Source: Bdellovibrionota bacterium | GTDB lineage: Bacteria; Bdellovibrionota_C; UBA2361 | Direction of reading: 5' to 3' | NCBI GenBank assembly: GCA_044352465.1 | Contig: JBILDU010000021.1 | Location: forward strand, 1 to 35,445 | DNA: 35,445 nucleotides | Part shown: positions 9,667 through 18,292 of the stretch, piece after piece | How positions within the stretch are numbered: position 1 is the first letter of the stretch | How the letters are laid out: every line of letters starts with the position of its first letter | The notes under the pieces: model-generated | Told to the model about the DNA's origin: nothing | Database searches by the model: none | The model's input: the letters and a program-made list of their open reading frames with translations, nothing else | Made by a program: the position numbers and the translations under genes

Positions 9667-9774
9667 CGCTCAGGTGGTGTCTCGACTCGGGGTAGACGCT
9701 GAGCGATTGCAGTCGCCGGATGAGTCCGGATGAGATCCGCCCCCCAACCGTAATCAAATCACCTGTGGTGGTCT

Positions 9775-9952
9775 GTGGAGGGCCCGACTCTGTCGGGCCG
9801 TGGTTGGATCACCTGTGACGCTTGGTGGTCAGACAGAGTCCGACCCTCCACTCGATCTGAAACATCGGTGGTGATTGGCGGCCGGATCGAATCCGGCGCT
9901 CCACATTCGCGTGGTCTGGGTGGAGGGCCCGACTCTGTCGGGCCGTGGTTGG
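9775..9952. repeat. REP/BIME-like cluster of four GTGGAG-palindrome units
   Basis: Identical 33-mers at 9775-9807 and 9920-9952; inverted variants ending at 9851 and 9904; each unit is GTGGAG plus a short hairpin. Confidence 0.8.
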
Positions 9953-9985
9953 GAACGCCACCGTAATGCTCCGGGTGGGGTTTAT

Positions 9986-11227
9986 CTAAACCCCTAGGAT
10001 CTCGCGTGCGACCCGCACGCCGCTATCGTAAGCGCCGTGAGCGGTCGACGTCGGTGCGGTGCCCTCACCGGCCCAATAGAGGGGCGGGGTGGGGCGGCTG
10101 AGGACCGCGCGACCGGGGAAGCCCCCGGGGAGTGACACGCTGTACCCGCCGAAGGCGAAGGGGTCGTCACGCCACATCACGAACTTCGTAGCCGACGGAG
10201 TCGCCGTCTTATCCCCGATCTCAGCGCGGAACGTCTCAAGGGCGTATGCGACCGCCTTTTCCTCTCCCATGTCGTAGAGTTTCTCCGCCCAACGCCCGGA
10301 AAAGAATGCCGACCAGACTGTGTGTTTAAGGTGGGGACGTCCCATCGTGGGGGACCACCACATCGGCGGGCAGCCGGCGCTGTAGATCGCGCCGATTTCT
10401 GGATTGAAAACCGGTCTATCGAAACGGAGGATGATTTTGCTCACCGCCGACATAGCTATCTTTTCGAGTGCGGCAGCTTTCTCCGCGGGGAGTGCCGGTG
10501 AGAATTTGACGACCCCTGCTTTTAACACCCCCACGGGCAGGGTAATGACCGCAGCATCTGCCGCAAAGCTCTCACCGCTCTTCGAGCGAATCCGCACACC
10601 GGGCGAGCTCCATTCGATCGTATCGATGATGGTGTTCAGCCGAATGTCGAGCCCCCGTGCGAGATGGCTCATCAGGGTATCGTATCCACCGAGCAGTCGA
10701 TAATCGTTCGCGGCGTAGGCTTCGAGGTCGTGCATCGCCTGATAGGCGTCGATGACATCGGGGTCGCCACCGACAGCGTTCGCAAACATGCGTCGCACAT
10801 AGTGGATCTGGTCCGCGTTCCACCCCCCGCGGGTGAGGAAGGCGGTGAAGGTCTCCCCATCTGGCTGGGGTTTAATGTCGGGGAGTTGCCAACTTCGCAC
10901 CTGATCGAGCTCCGCGTCTTGAGCGCGGGCCGCGGTCATGGTTAAGAATCTTCCGTCTTTGAGCCTGACCATCGAGTCATCGGTCTTCTTCCATGGCACC
11001 CAGGCGAGGCCCAGGGACCGAATGAGGGGTTGGGTCGAGATCTCATCTCCATGCACGAACTCACCTCCGAATTCGATCGGGTGGTCGGCGAAGTCTCGAT
11101 TGGTCCAAAGCCGTCCACCGATGCGATCTCGCGCTTCGAGTACCCGAGTCTCAATCCCGTTCTCTTTGAGTGTACGCGCCGCCGCTAGTCCAGCTGCTCC
11201 TGCACCAACGACGAGCACTGATCTCAT
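9986..11227 (-). CDS. flavin-containing amine oxidase (MAO/PAO family)
   Basis: GAGAAGLAAA Rossmann motif, EARDRIGGR, EFGGEFVHG, conserved Lys (SKIILRF), W..DPF..GGYS, AGEGT..HGAYDSG. Confidence 0.9.
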   Translation of the reverse strand: MRSVLVVGAGAAGLAAARTLKENGIETRVLEARDRIGGRLWTNRDFADHPIEFGGEFVHGDEISTQPLIRSLGLAWVPWKKTDDSMVRLKDGRFLTMTAARAQDAELDQVRSWQLPDIKPQPDGETFTAFLTRGGWNADQIHYVRRMFANAVGGDPDVIDAYQAMHDLEAYAANDYRLLGGYDTLMSHLARGLDIRLNTIIDTIEWSSPGVRIRSKSGESFAADAAVITLPVGVLKAGVVKFSPALPAEKAAALEKIAMSAVSKIILRFDRPVFNPEIGAIYSAGCPPMWWSPTMGRPHLKHTVWSAFFSGRWAEKLYDMGEEKAVAYALETFRAEIGDKTATPSATKFVMWRDDPFAFGGYSVSLPGGFPGRAVLSRPTPPLYWAGEGTAPTSTAHGAYDSGVRVAREILGV

Positions 11228-11880
11228 GCGAACTCCTCGATATTTTTCTCAGTTAGTAAAACGAGCCGTACACACGCGTTGCCGCAGGTGGGATCGTCAA
11301 GGTATTCTTTCGCCAGCCCCTGGGGCTCAAATCCAAACCGCATCTGCATCGATACCGTCGGATCGAAGATCTCGCGGGCTACCACCTTTGTGTAGTACTC
11401 ATCGAGACTCAAGCGGTCGCGAACCGCACTGTAGCCATTGATCATGCCCATTGAGTACTGCCCCTTGAGGCCGAGGCGGCGACACGTTTCATGCCGTGCA
11501 TGGTAAAGAGCCCGAGCTATTCCGCGTCCCCGATAGTCAGGATGGACGCCAAGATCGACCCCGTAGAGCCATTCACCGTGCGGGTCGTGCGAGGTGCAAA
11601 ATCCTCCCTCGATGACCTCGTCGAATCCGTGGTCGGCCGTCAAAAAGGCCTCGGACAGCCGGATGGAGGTGGTCATGCCCACAACTTTATCGCCGTCGAG
11701 GGCCACGAACTGCCCCTCCGGGAAGAGCTCAATGTGTTTCAGGTAATGGGCTCGCTTGAGTCGCTGTGAGTCCGCGAGCATCGGAAAGACCGTTTTTTGG
11801 AGCTCCTCCAATTGCTCGGCGTGCGCCGCACTGGTCGGTACGACGGCGATTCCGCTGGTACGAGTTTTTTGATAGCTCAT
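11224..11880 (-). CDS. GNAT family N-acyltransferase, paralogous to the N-terminal domain of the upstream fusion
   Basis: FPEGQFVA, LYGVDLGVHPDYRGRGIARALY acyl-CoA motif; ATGA overlaps on both sides (start 11880). Confidence 0.88.
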   Translation of the reverse strand: MSYQKTRTSGIAVVPTSAAHAEQLEELQKTVFPMLADSQRLKRAHYLKHIELFPEGQFVALDGDKVVGMTTSIRLSEAFLTADHGFDEVIEGGFCTSHDPHGEWLYGVDLGVHPDYRGRGIARALYHARHETCRRLGLKGQYSMGMINGYSAVRDRLSLDEYYTKVVAREIFDPTVSMQMRFGFEPQGLAKEYLDDPTCGNACVRLVLLTEKNIEEFA

Positions 11881-13427
11881 TTTCCGCGGGTCCTCAGCCA
11901 CGCCACCGAGTACAGGTCGGTCCGTCGGTCGAGCAAGTTACGTGAACTGCCTTGCAAATGGAGCTCCTTCAAGAGCGAGAGGTCAACGTCCGCAACAAGG
12001 GTCATCTCAGTGTTCGGCGTTGCTTCCGAAATTGTCGAGTCGATCGGAAACGCAAAGTCCGAAGGGGAGAAGACCGCCGACTGGGCGAATTGGGTGTCCA
12101 TGTTTGAAACCTTGGGGAGGTTGCCAACACACCCGGCGATCGCCACGTAACACTCGTTCTCAATCGCGCGCGCCTGAGCACAGCACTTGATCCGTTGATA
12201 ATCGTTCGGAGTCGATGAGGAGAACGGAACGAACAAGAGCTGCACCCCCTGTTCCGCGTACAGTCGTCCGAGCTCAGGATACTCAACGTCGTCGGAGAGG
12301 AGAATTCCGACCTTGCCCGAGTCGGTATCGAACGCCTTGAGCTCATCGCCGCCGACCATGCCCCAGTGACTCACTTCGCCTGGTGAGATGTGGATCTTTT
12401 TATACGAGTCCCATGACCCATCACGACGGCACAGATAGCAGATACTATAGAGCAGCCGATCCTCAACGTAGGGCATGCTCCCCGTGATGATATTCGTATT
12501 GTAAGCTACTGCGAATTCGCAAAATTTCTTTAAGAGCGGCTCGGTATAGAATGCGAGCTGTCGAATCGCCTCCGACTCAGGGAGATTGTTAAACTGCATC
12601 ATCAGTGGAGCGTTGATGAATTCGGGAAAAAGGCAAAAACTCGCCTGGAGACTACTCACCGCGTCAACAAAGAATTCGATCTGCTCGAGGAGCTCTTCGA
12701 GGCGGTCGGCCCGACGCATCTGCCACTGCACGAGCCCGATCCGGGCATACGATTTTTGCTTCGTAAAGAGGTCGCGTTTCTCCTCGTAGAAGACGTTGTT
12801 CCACTCGAGCAGAGTAGCGTACTGCATCGACTCTTTGTCATCGACGAGATAATTACGTAATATTTTTCTGACGTGAAACTGATTCGATAGTTGAAAAGTG
12901 AGGATCGGGTCGTAGATCTCTTTAAGCCGCACCTTCTCGATATATTCGCGGGGACTCATCTGCGCGGCGACCTTTTGGTACCCCGGTATTCGACCGCCGG
13001 CGATGATTGAGCGAAGATTGAGATTTTCACACAACTCTTTGCGCGCATCGTAGAGTCGCCGTCCGAGACGGAGTCCCCGATGTTTCGGATTGACGAAGAC
13101 CTCGATGCCGTAGAGCACGTCACCCTTGGGGTTGTGGGTATTAAGCTGCTGATTGTTCGTTACCTTAGCGTAGGTATGGTCATCTCCGTAGTCGGAGTAC
13201 TTGACGATGATGGCGAGCGCCGCTCCGGCGACCTCACCGTTCACCTCGACGCAGATCTGTCCCTCGGGGAAATCTTGAATGAGGCGTTGAATCTGTTCCC
13301 GGCTCCAAAGCCCCATCCCAGAACCTCGATAGCTCTCGGCCATCGCCGTGGAAAGTTTGTCGAAGTCCGAGAGGGCTAATCCCCGTAGTTTGACCTTCGT
13401 TCGCTTCGCACTCGCTGCCGTTGCCAT
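11877..13427 (-). CDS. bifunctional GNAT / carbon-nitrogen hydrolase fusion (catalytic Cys replaced by Ser)
   Basis: N-terminal GNAT (FPEGQIC, RGLRLGRRLY); C-terminal nitrilase fold with LFPE, YKKIH, ARAIENECY, but GILLSDDVEYPE where the family has GILICYDxEFPE. Confidence 0.88.
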   Translation of the reverse strand: MATAASAKRTKVKLRGLALSDFDKLSTAMAESYRGSGMGLWSREQIQRLIQDFPEGQICVEVNGEVAGAALAIIVKYSDYGDDHTYAKVTNNQQLNTHNPKGDVLYGIEVFVNPKHRGLRLGRRLYDARKELCENLNLRSIIAGGRIPGYQKVAAQMSPREYIEKVRLKEIYDPILTFQLSNQFHVRKILRNYLVDDKESMQYATLLEWNNVFYEEKRDLFTKQKSYARIGLVQWQMRRADRLEELLEQIEFFVDAVSSLQASFCLFPEFINAPLMMQFNNLPESEAIRQLAFYTEPLLKKFCEFAVAYNTNIITGSMPYVEDRLLYSICYLCRRDGSWDSYKKIHISPGEVSHWGMVGGDELKAFDTDSGKVGILLSDDVEYPELGRLYAEQGVQLLFVPFSSSTPNDYQRIKCCAQARAIENECYVAIAGCVGNLPKVSNMDTQFAQSAVFSPSDFAFPIDSTISEATPNTEMTLVADVDLSLLKELHLQGSSRNLLDRRTDLYSVAWLRTRGK

Positions 13428-13444
13428 ACCGCCAACCCTTACGT

Positions 13445-14737
13445 TTATCGCGTGCCTGAAAGTGCGCCGAGAGAGCTTTCGAGCATCGCCAGCGCCTCCT
13501 CGATAACCGAGTCCTCAGCGGTGATGGGAACGAGAATGCGGATCGTATTGGCGTAGACACCGCACGAAAGGAGTATAAGCCCTTTGGTGAGTGCGATGCC
13601 GGTGAGGCTCTTCGCGAGCTCGGGAGCCGGTTCGTGGGTCGATTGATCTTTGACGAGCTCGAATGCGACCATGCCACCCAGACCACGGACCTCTCCGATA
13701 AAAGGAAAGCGTCCGGAATCGGCTAACGCCGAGAGGCGACTCTTCAGTTTCTCGCCGAGAGCGGTGCTCCGTTCGAGGAGTTTTTCCCGGTCCATGAGTT
13801 TTAAGATGGCGAGTCCCGCTGCACAGGCGACCGGGTTACCCGCGTACGTCCCTCCCAAGCCCCCCGGCTCCGGCGCATCCATGATTTCAGCTCGTCCAAT
13901 AACCGCCGAGAGGGGGAGTCCACCGGCGATACTCTTCGCGGTGACGATAATGTCGGGTTTGATACCGCTATGCTCGATAGCGAAGAGTTTGCCGGTGCGT
14001 CCAAATCCACACTGCACCTCATCGGCAACCATCACGATCCCATGTTGATCGCAGATCTCCCGGATCCGTCGGATAAATTCGGGGGGAGCTTGATAGAAGC
14101 CACCCTCGCCCTGCACCGTCTCAAACATGATCGCGGCGACCTCGGATGGATCGATCGAGGCTTTAAAGATCCGTTCGATTCCATGAATAGCGTCGTCAAC
14201 GGAGACTCCGTGGTATTCCATCGGAAAGGGGGCGTGAAAGATGCTTCCTGCCATCGGACCGAAAGTCTTTTTATAGGGGAGCACTTTCCCGGTGAGCGAC
14301 ATCGCCAGGAGACTCCGTCCGTGAAAACCTCCGATGAAGGAGATCACCCCGGGCCGTCGTGTCGCCGCGCGACAGATCTTTACCGCGTTTTCGCCCGCCT
14401 CGGCACCGGTCGAGAAGAAGATCGTCTTGGCGGGTCCTTTAATCGGAGCGCGGCGATTCATCTCTTCAGCGAGTGCGATGTACGGCTCGTATGCGGTGAC
14501 CTGGAACGCTGAGTGAATGACCTTACTCGCTTGATCGGTGATCGCAGCCACCACATCGGGATGACAGTGCCCGAAGTTTTGAACACCGATGCCTCCAGCG
14601 AAATCGATGTAGCGCTTGCCCTCGACGTCCCAGATCTCGGCGTTTTTGGCCCGGGCAGCAAAAACCGGGTGGGCGGTTGATACACCGCGGGGCACCGCGT
14701 TTTTCCGACGTTCCAGGAGCTCGTTATTACTGGTCAT
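13445..14737 (-). CDS. gabT: 4-aminobutyrate aminotransferase (class III PLP)
   Basis: DFAGGIG, GAEAGENAVK, VQGEGGF, ADEVQCGFGRTG, TAKSIAGG, GGLGGTYAGNP. Confidence 0.93.
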   Translation of the reverse strand: MTSNNELLERRKNAVPRGVSTAHPVFAARAKNAEIWDVEGKRYIDFAGGIGVQNFGHCHPDVVAAITDQASKVIHSAFQVTAYEPYIALAEEMNRRAPIKGPAKTIFFSTGAEAGENAVKICRAATRRPGVISFIGGFHGRSLLAMSLTGKVLPYKKTFGPMAGSIFHAPFPMEYHGVSVDDAIHGIERIFKASIDPSEVAAIMFETVQGEGGFYQAPPEFIRRIREICDQHGIVMVADEVQCGFGRTGKLFAIEHSGIKPDIIVTAKSIAGGLPLSAVIGRAEIMDAPEPGGLGGTYAGNPVACAAGLAILKLMDREKLLERSTALGEKLKSRLSALADSGRFPFIGEVRGLGGMVAFELVKDQSTHEPAPELAKSLTGIALTKGLILLSCGVYANTIRILVPITAEDSVIEEALAMLESSLGALSGTR

Positions 14738-16197
14738 GAGGCGATTCCTCCTAAACAGATATATTTGGTGTGAGTATAATCATCGAGCCCGTACTTCGAA
14801 CCCTCCCGACCAAAGCCCGATTGTTTGACACCACCGAAGGGGATGTTCTCGGCGGAGATCATGACGTCGTTCACGCCGACCATCCCCACTTCGAGCGCCT
14901 CGGCAGCGCGCCAGATTTGTCCCAGGTCGCGGCTATAGAAATATCCGGCGAGGCCGAACTCGCTTCGATTGGCGAGCTCGAGGACTTCGGTTTCATCCGA
15001 AAATCGGAACAGTGAAGCGAGGGGGCCGAAGGTTTCTTCGCGGGCGACGAGCATTGCGGGAGTGGCTCCGTCAATGACCGTCGGCTCATAGAAAAAGCGC
15101 CCCGCAGCGGGTTGTTTGCCGCCGCACGCGATCGTCGCTCCGCGCTGAGCCGCATCGCTGACGTGCGCCTCAACCTTATCAACGGCGGCCCGGTTAATCA
15201 GAGGTCCCACATCGGTTCCGTCGGCGAGCCCTGAGCCGATTTTGAGCGCCGTTACTGCTTTGACGAGCTTATCTCGAAACTCCGCGTAAACCTTCGTATG
15301 GACGAAGAAACGATTGACGCAGATGCACGTCTGGCCGTTGTTTCGAAACTTCGCAAACATCGCACCTTTCACCGCCGCATCGATATCAGCGCTTTCGAAA
15401 ACGATAAACGGTGCGTTGCCACCGAGTTCCATAGAGAGCTTCTTAATCGTCGCGGCGCACTGCTTCATCAGGAGCGCGCCGGTGCGAGTTGAGCCGGTGA
15501 AGGTCACCTTTCGCACGGTCGGGTTGGTCGTGAGTTCGAGTCCGATCGCTTGGGGGTCGCCGTTTAAAACGCTCCAAATTCCCGGCGGCAGTCCTGCCTG
15601 CTCGCCGAGATAGGCGAGCGCGAGCGCGGAGAAGGGTGTCAGTTCGGCAGGCTTCGACACGACAGCGCATCCCGCGGCGAGCGCCGGCGCGATCTTTCGG
15701 GCCAACATCGCCGAGGGGAAATTCCACGGCGTGATGGTGGCAACAACACCAACCGGCTCTTTGAGGACGAGGAGTCGGGTCTCCTTCCGGTTCCCTGGAA
15801 TAATGTCACCGTATGCTCGTTTGGCCTCTTCGGCGAACCACTCGATGTACGCACCTGAGTAGGTTACCTCAGCCCGCGCCTCGGGAAGGGGTTTTCCTTG
15901 TTCAAGGGTGATAATCTTGGCGAGGTCTTCGCGATGCTGAATGACGAGGTTGAACCAAGTGCGCAAGATATTGCTGCGCTCCTTGGCTGTGAGCGAACGC
16001 CAGCCGGCTTGAGCAACCTGCGCGGCCGCAATAGCGCTTTTCGCATCCTCAACTGAACAAGCCGGGACTCCGCCAAGGCGGGTTCCGTCGAACGGATTGA
16101 GCACGTCGATGGTAGAGCGGCCGCCGCCGGAGACCCATTTCCCAGCGAGGTAGGCCTCCTCACGAAGGAGCTTCGGTTCACGGAGGTCAAAATTCAT
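14734..16197 (-). CDS. gabD: NAD(P)-dependent succinate-semialdehyde dehydrogenase
   Basis: TPWNFPSAM, FTGST, MELGGNAPFIVF, KFRNNGQTCIC, EETFGP, PFGGVKQSG; ATGA overlap with gabT. Confidence 0.93.
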   Translation of the reverse strand: MNFDLREPKLLREEAYLAGKWVSGGGRSTIDVLNPFDGTRLGGVPACSVEDAKSAIAAAQVAQAGWRSLTAKERSNILRTWFNLVIQHREDLAKIITLEQGKPLPEARAEVTYSGAYIEWFAEEAKRAYGDIIPGNRKETRLLVLKEPVGVVATITPWNFPSAMLARKIAPALAAGCAVVSKPAELTPFSALALAYLGEQAGLPPGIWSVLNGDPQAIGLELTTNPTVRKVTFTGSTRTGALLMKQCAATIKKLSMELGGNAPFIVFESADIDAAVKGAMFAKFRNNGQTCICVNRFFVHTKVYAEFRDKLVKAVTALKIGSGLADGTDVGPLINRAAVDKVEAHVSDAAQRGATIACGGKQPAAGRFFYEPTVIDGATPAMLVAREETFGPLASLFRFSDETEVLELANRSEFGLAGYFYSRDLGQIWRAAEALEVGMVGVNDVMISAENIPFGGVKQSGFGREGSKYGLDDYTHTKYICLGGIAS

Positions 16198-16252
16198 CTT
16201 CGTCAGCTCCAGGGATAGGGGGTTTTGTTGGGGCCTTAGCGGCGACCCCCCT

Positions 16253-16261
16253 AGTATACCA
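16253..16261 (-). promoter_or_regulatory. putative extended -10 promoter of the gabD operon
   Basis: Minus strand reads TGG-TATACT about 55 nt upstream of the gabD ATG; GGAG RBS present. Confidence 0.45.
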
Positions 16262-16451
16262 GAGCTTCTCTAAATTGCGATAACTTATTGACTTTCAAAA
16301 TAAATTGCCGTTTCGCTAGGGCGTTTCGCCGACTTGCGATGCTAGGGGAGGTGGCTCATAAAGCCTCGTCTCTCAACGAAGCTCGATGGAGAAAGGCTTC
16401 AATCTGGGGCGGCTTTTAATTGAGCAATAAATAATTATCCGCCTGGATCGG

Positions 16452-16480
16452 TTGATAAAGTTTATAGCTTTCTGTAGGGT
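16452..16480 (+). promoter_or_regulatory. putative tRNA promoter
   Basis: TTGATA-17 bp-TAGGGT ending 14 bp before the tRNA. Confidence 0.45.
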
Positions 16481-16494
16481 AACCAAACGTTTGG

Positions 16495-16570
16495 GGGCCG
16501 GTAGCTCAGCTGGTAGAGCAGAAGACTCTTAATCTTCGGGTCGAAGGTTCGATCCCTTCCCGGCTCACCA
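16495..16570 (+). tRNA. tRNA-Lys (anticodon CUU)
   Basis: 76 nt cloverleaf: GGGCCGG/CCGGCTC acceptor stem, AGCTCAGCTGGTAGAGC D-arm, GAAGA-CT-CTT-AA-TCTTC anticodon arm, GGTTCGATCC T-arm, encoded CCA. Confidence 0.97.
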
Positions 16571-16631
16571 AATCCTTTCAGGTACTTGCTCCTTCAAGTG
16601 CCGCGTTTTCTCGTGTGTGTAGCTTCTCTGC

Positions 16632-16679
16632 TGTGTTGTTGGACGTCTGTGTCGTTGGACGTCGGTGTTGTTGGACGTC
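16632..16679. repeat. 3 x 16-bp tandem repeat
   Basis: TGTGTTGTTGGACGTC / TGTGTCGTTGGACGTC / GGTGTTGTTGGACGTC. Confidence 0.9.
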
Positions 16680-16840
16680 GGTAGATTGGGCTACAGCTGC
16701 TTACAGCGAAGATCCAATCGTGTCGTTTCTTTAGGCGTAACGTCACCCGAACGAAGAGGCCTGTGTGTCGTGATGAGGCCAGCGTGGGCTCTGCGCACGA
16801 GTGTTGGCGGAGAGACCACGCGATTTAACTTCCGGCCGAT

Positions 16841-17986
16841 TTAACTTCCAGCCATCTCGCGCGCGATGAGCACTCGTTGCAGTTGGTTAGCGCCCTCGAC
16901 GATTTGGAGCATCTTGGCGTCCCGCATGAGGCGTTCCACCGGGTAGTCCTTGATGTATCCCGCACCACCAAAAAGCTGCACTGCATCGGTGGTGATGCTC
17001 ATCGCTGCGTCGGTCGCGAAACACTTCGCCATGGGCGGATAGACCCGATTCTCGCGCGCTTTGGGATCGCTCTCGAGTGTTCGTGCCGCTTGGTACGTCA
17101 GCAATTGGGCGGCCTCAAGCTTCATGCGCATATCCGCGAGCATGAATTGAAGTCCCTGGAAGTCGATCATCCTTTGACCGAATTGCTCGCGTTCTCTGAG
17201 ATGGCTTACTGCGAGGTCCAGCGCAGTGCGGGCGATCCCGTTGGCACATGCGGCGATGCTAATCCGCCCCCCAGCGAGTCCGGAGAGGGCGACCTTGTAG
17301 CCGCCGTGGAGCGGGCCAAGGAGCTGTGATTCGGGAACGCGCGCATCGTTGAAGTTCAGCGATGCAATCGGCGAGAGCTCGCACCCCATCTTGCGCTCTG
17401 GTTTGCTGATGGTAAGGCCGGGAGTAGTCGCCTCGACGATAAAGGCTGAGATTCCCGCCCCACCTGGAGCCTCGCTCGTACGGGCGAACACGAGGTACAG
17501 GTCGGCGAAGCCAGCGCTGGTGATGTAACACTTGTCGCCGTTGAGGATGAATCCGCTCGCGGTTTGGCGCGCTGTCGTCTTCAGTGCGGATGCGTCTGAG
17601 CCAGCGCTCGGTTCGGTGAGCGCAAAAGCGCCGAGGTACTCGCCGCATGCCATTTTGGCGAGGTAGCGGCTTTTTTGCTCCGGTGTCGCGAATGCATTCA
17701 CGAGGCCACAGGTCATCGCGTGAACAGAGGTGAAGATTGCCGGGCCAAGATCCACCGCAGCGAGCTCTTCCATGATTACCATCGAGGTGGTGGCTCCAGC
17801 ACCGATTCCGCCGAACTCCTCAGGGATAGCCAGACCAGCGAGGCCGAGCTCCGCGAGTGAGCTGAAAAGGGGGCGGGGAACGGTGTTGTAATAAGCCTCA
17901 GTTTGGTAGCGCGGAACCTCACGCTCAGCGAGGCGACGCACACTTAGCCGAATTTCACGAAGCTCATCGGTATCAAAATCGAACAT
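16841..17986 (-). CDS. acyl-CoA dehydrogenase
   Basis: GAFALTEPSAGSDA, LNGDKCYIT, GGRISIAA, REQFG, FGGAGYIKDYPVERLMRDAK..IVEG. Confidence 0.93.
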   Translation of the reverse strand: MFDFDTDELREIRLSVRRLAEREVPRYQTEAYYNTVPRPLFSSLAELGLAGLAIPEEFGGIGAGATTSMVIMEELAAVDLGPAIFTSVHAMTCGLVNAFATPEQKSRYLAKMACGEYLGAFALTEPSAGSDASALKTTARQTASGFILNGDKCYITSAGFADLYLVFARTSEAPGGAGISAFIVEATTPGLTISKPERKMGCELSPIASLNFNDARVPESQLLGPLHGGYKVALSGLAGGRISIAACANGIARTALDLAVSHLREREQFGQRMIDFQGLQFMLADMRMKLEAAQLLTYQAARTLESDPKARENRVYPPMAKCFATDAAMSITTDAVQLFGGAGYIKDYPVERLMRDAKMLQIVEGANQLQRVLIAREMAGS

Positions 17987-18106
17987 ACGTTTTATTAAAA
18001 TAGCGCTGATTCGGTAAAATTAAAACAGGCGAGGTGCCTCGTAAGCGATAACAAGACCTTACCTGTTTCAAGCATCGCGTTAACACATCAACCGAAAGAT
18101 TCTAGC

Positions 18107-18252
18107 TTGACGGGTGGCGACGGAGTAGTAAGTTGCTGACAAATAAGCACGGGGCCGCTGTTTTCTTCAAGCCCCGTGACAAGCAGTTCCCGAATTTCGG
18201 GGCGTTTGTCACGACGGCTTGCGGAAGGTTCAGCGGGTTCTGCGGTGCTTAT
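18107..18252 (+). promoter_or_regulatory. putative promoter plus long structured 5' leader (or ncRNA) of the porin gene
   Basis: TTGACG (18107) ... TAAGTT (18129), then nested complementary segments spanning 18143-18252. Confidence 0.6.
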
Positions 18253-18292
18253 CCTTAAGCAATGTTAATCCTGATTGGAGGAATTTAGGCAC

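Noticed and set aside
9775..9952. Possible CRISPR array (33-bp identical repeats)
   Set aside because: Only two direct copies, 112 bp apart, with inverted variants between them; no cas genes; fits REP architecture better
16495..16570. tRNA-Lys as attachment site of an integrated element
   Set aside because: No integrase and no duplicated tRNA 3' end seen in the window
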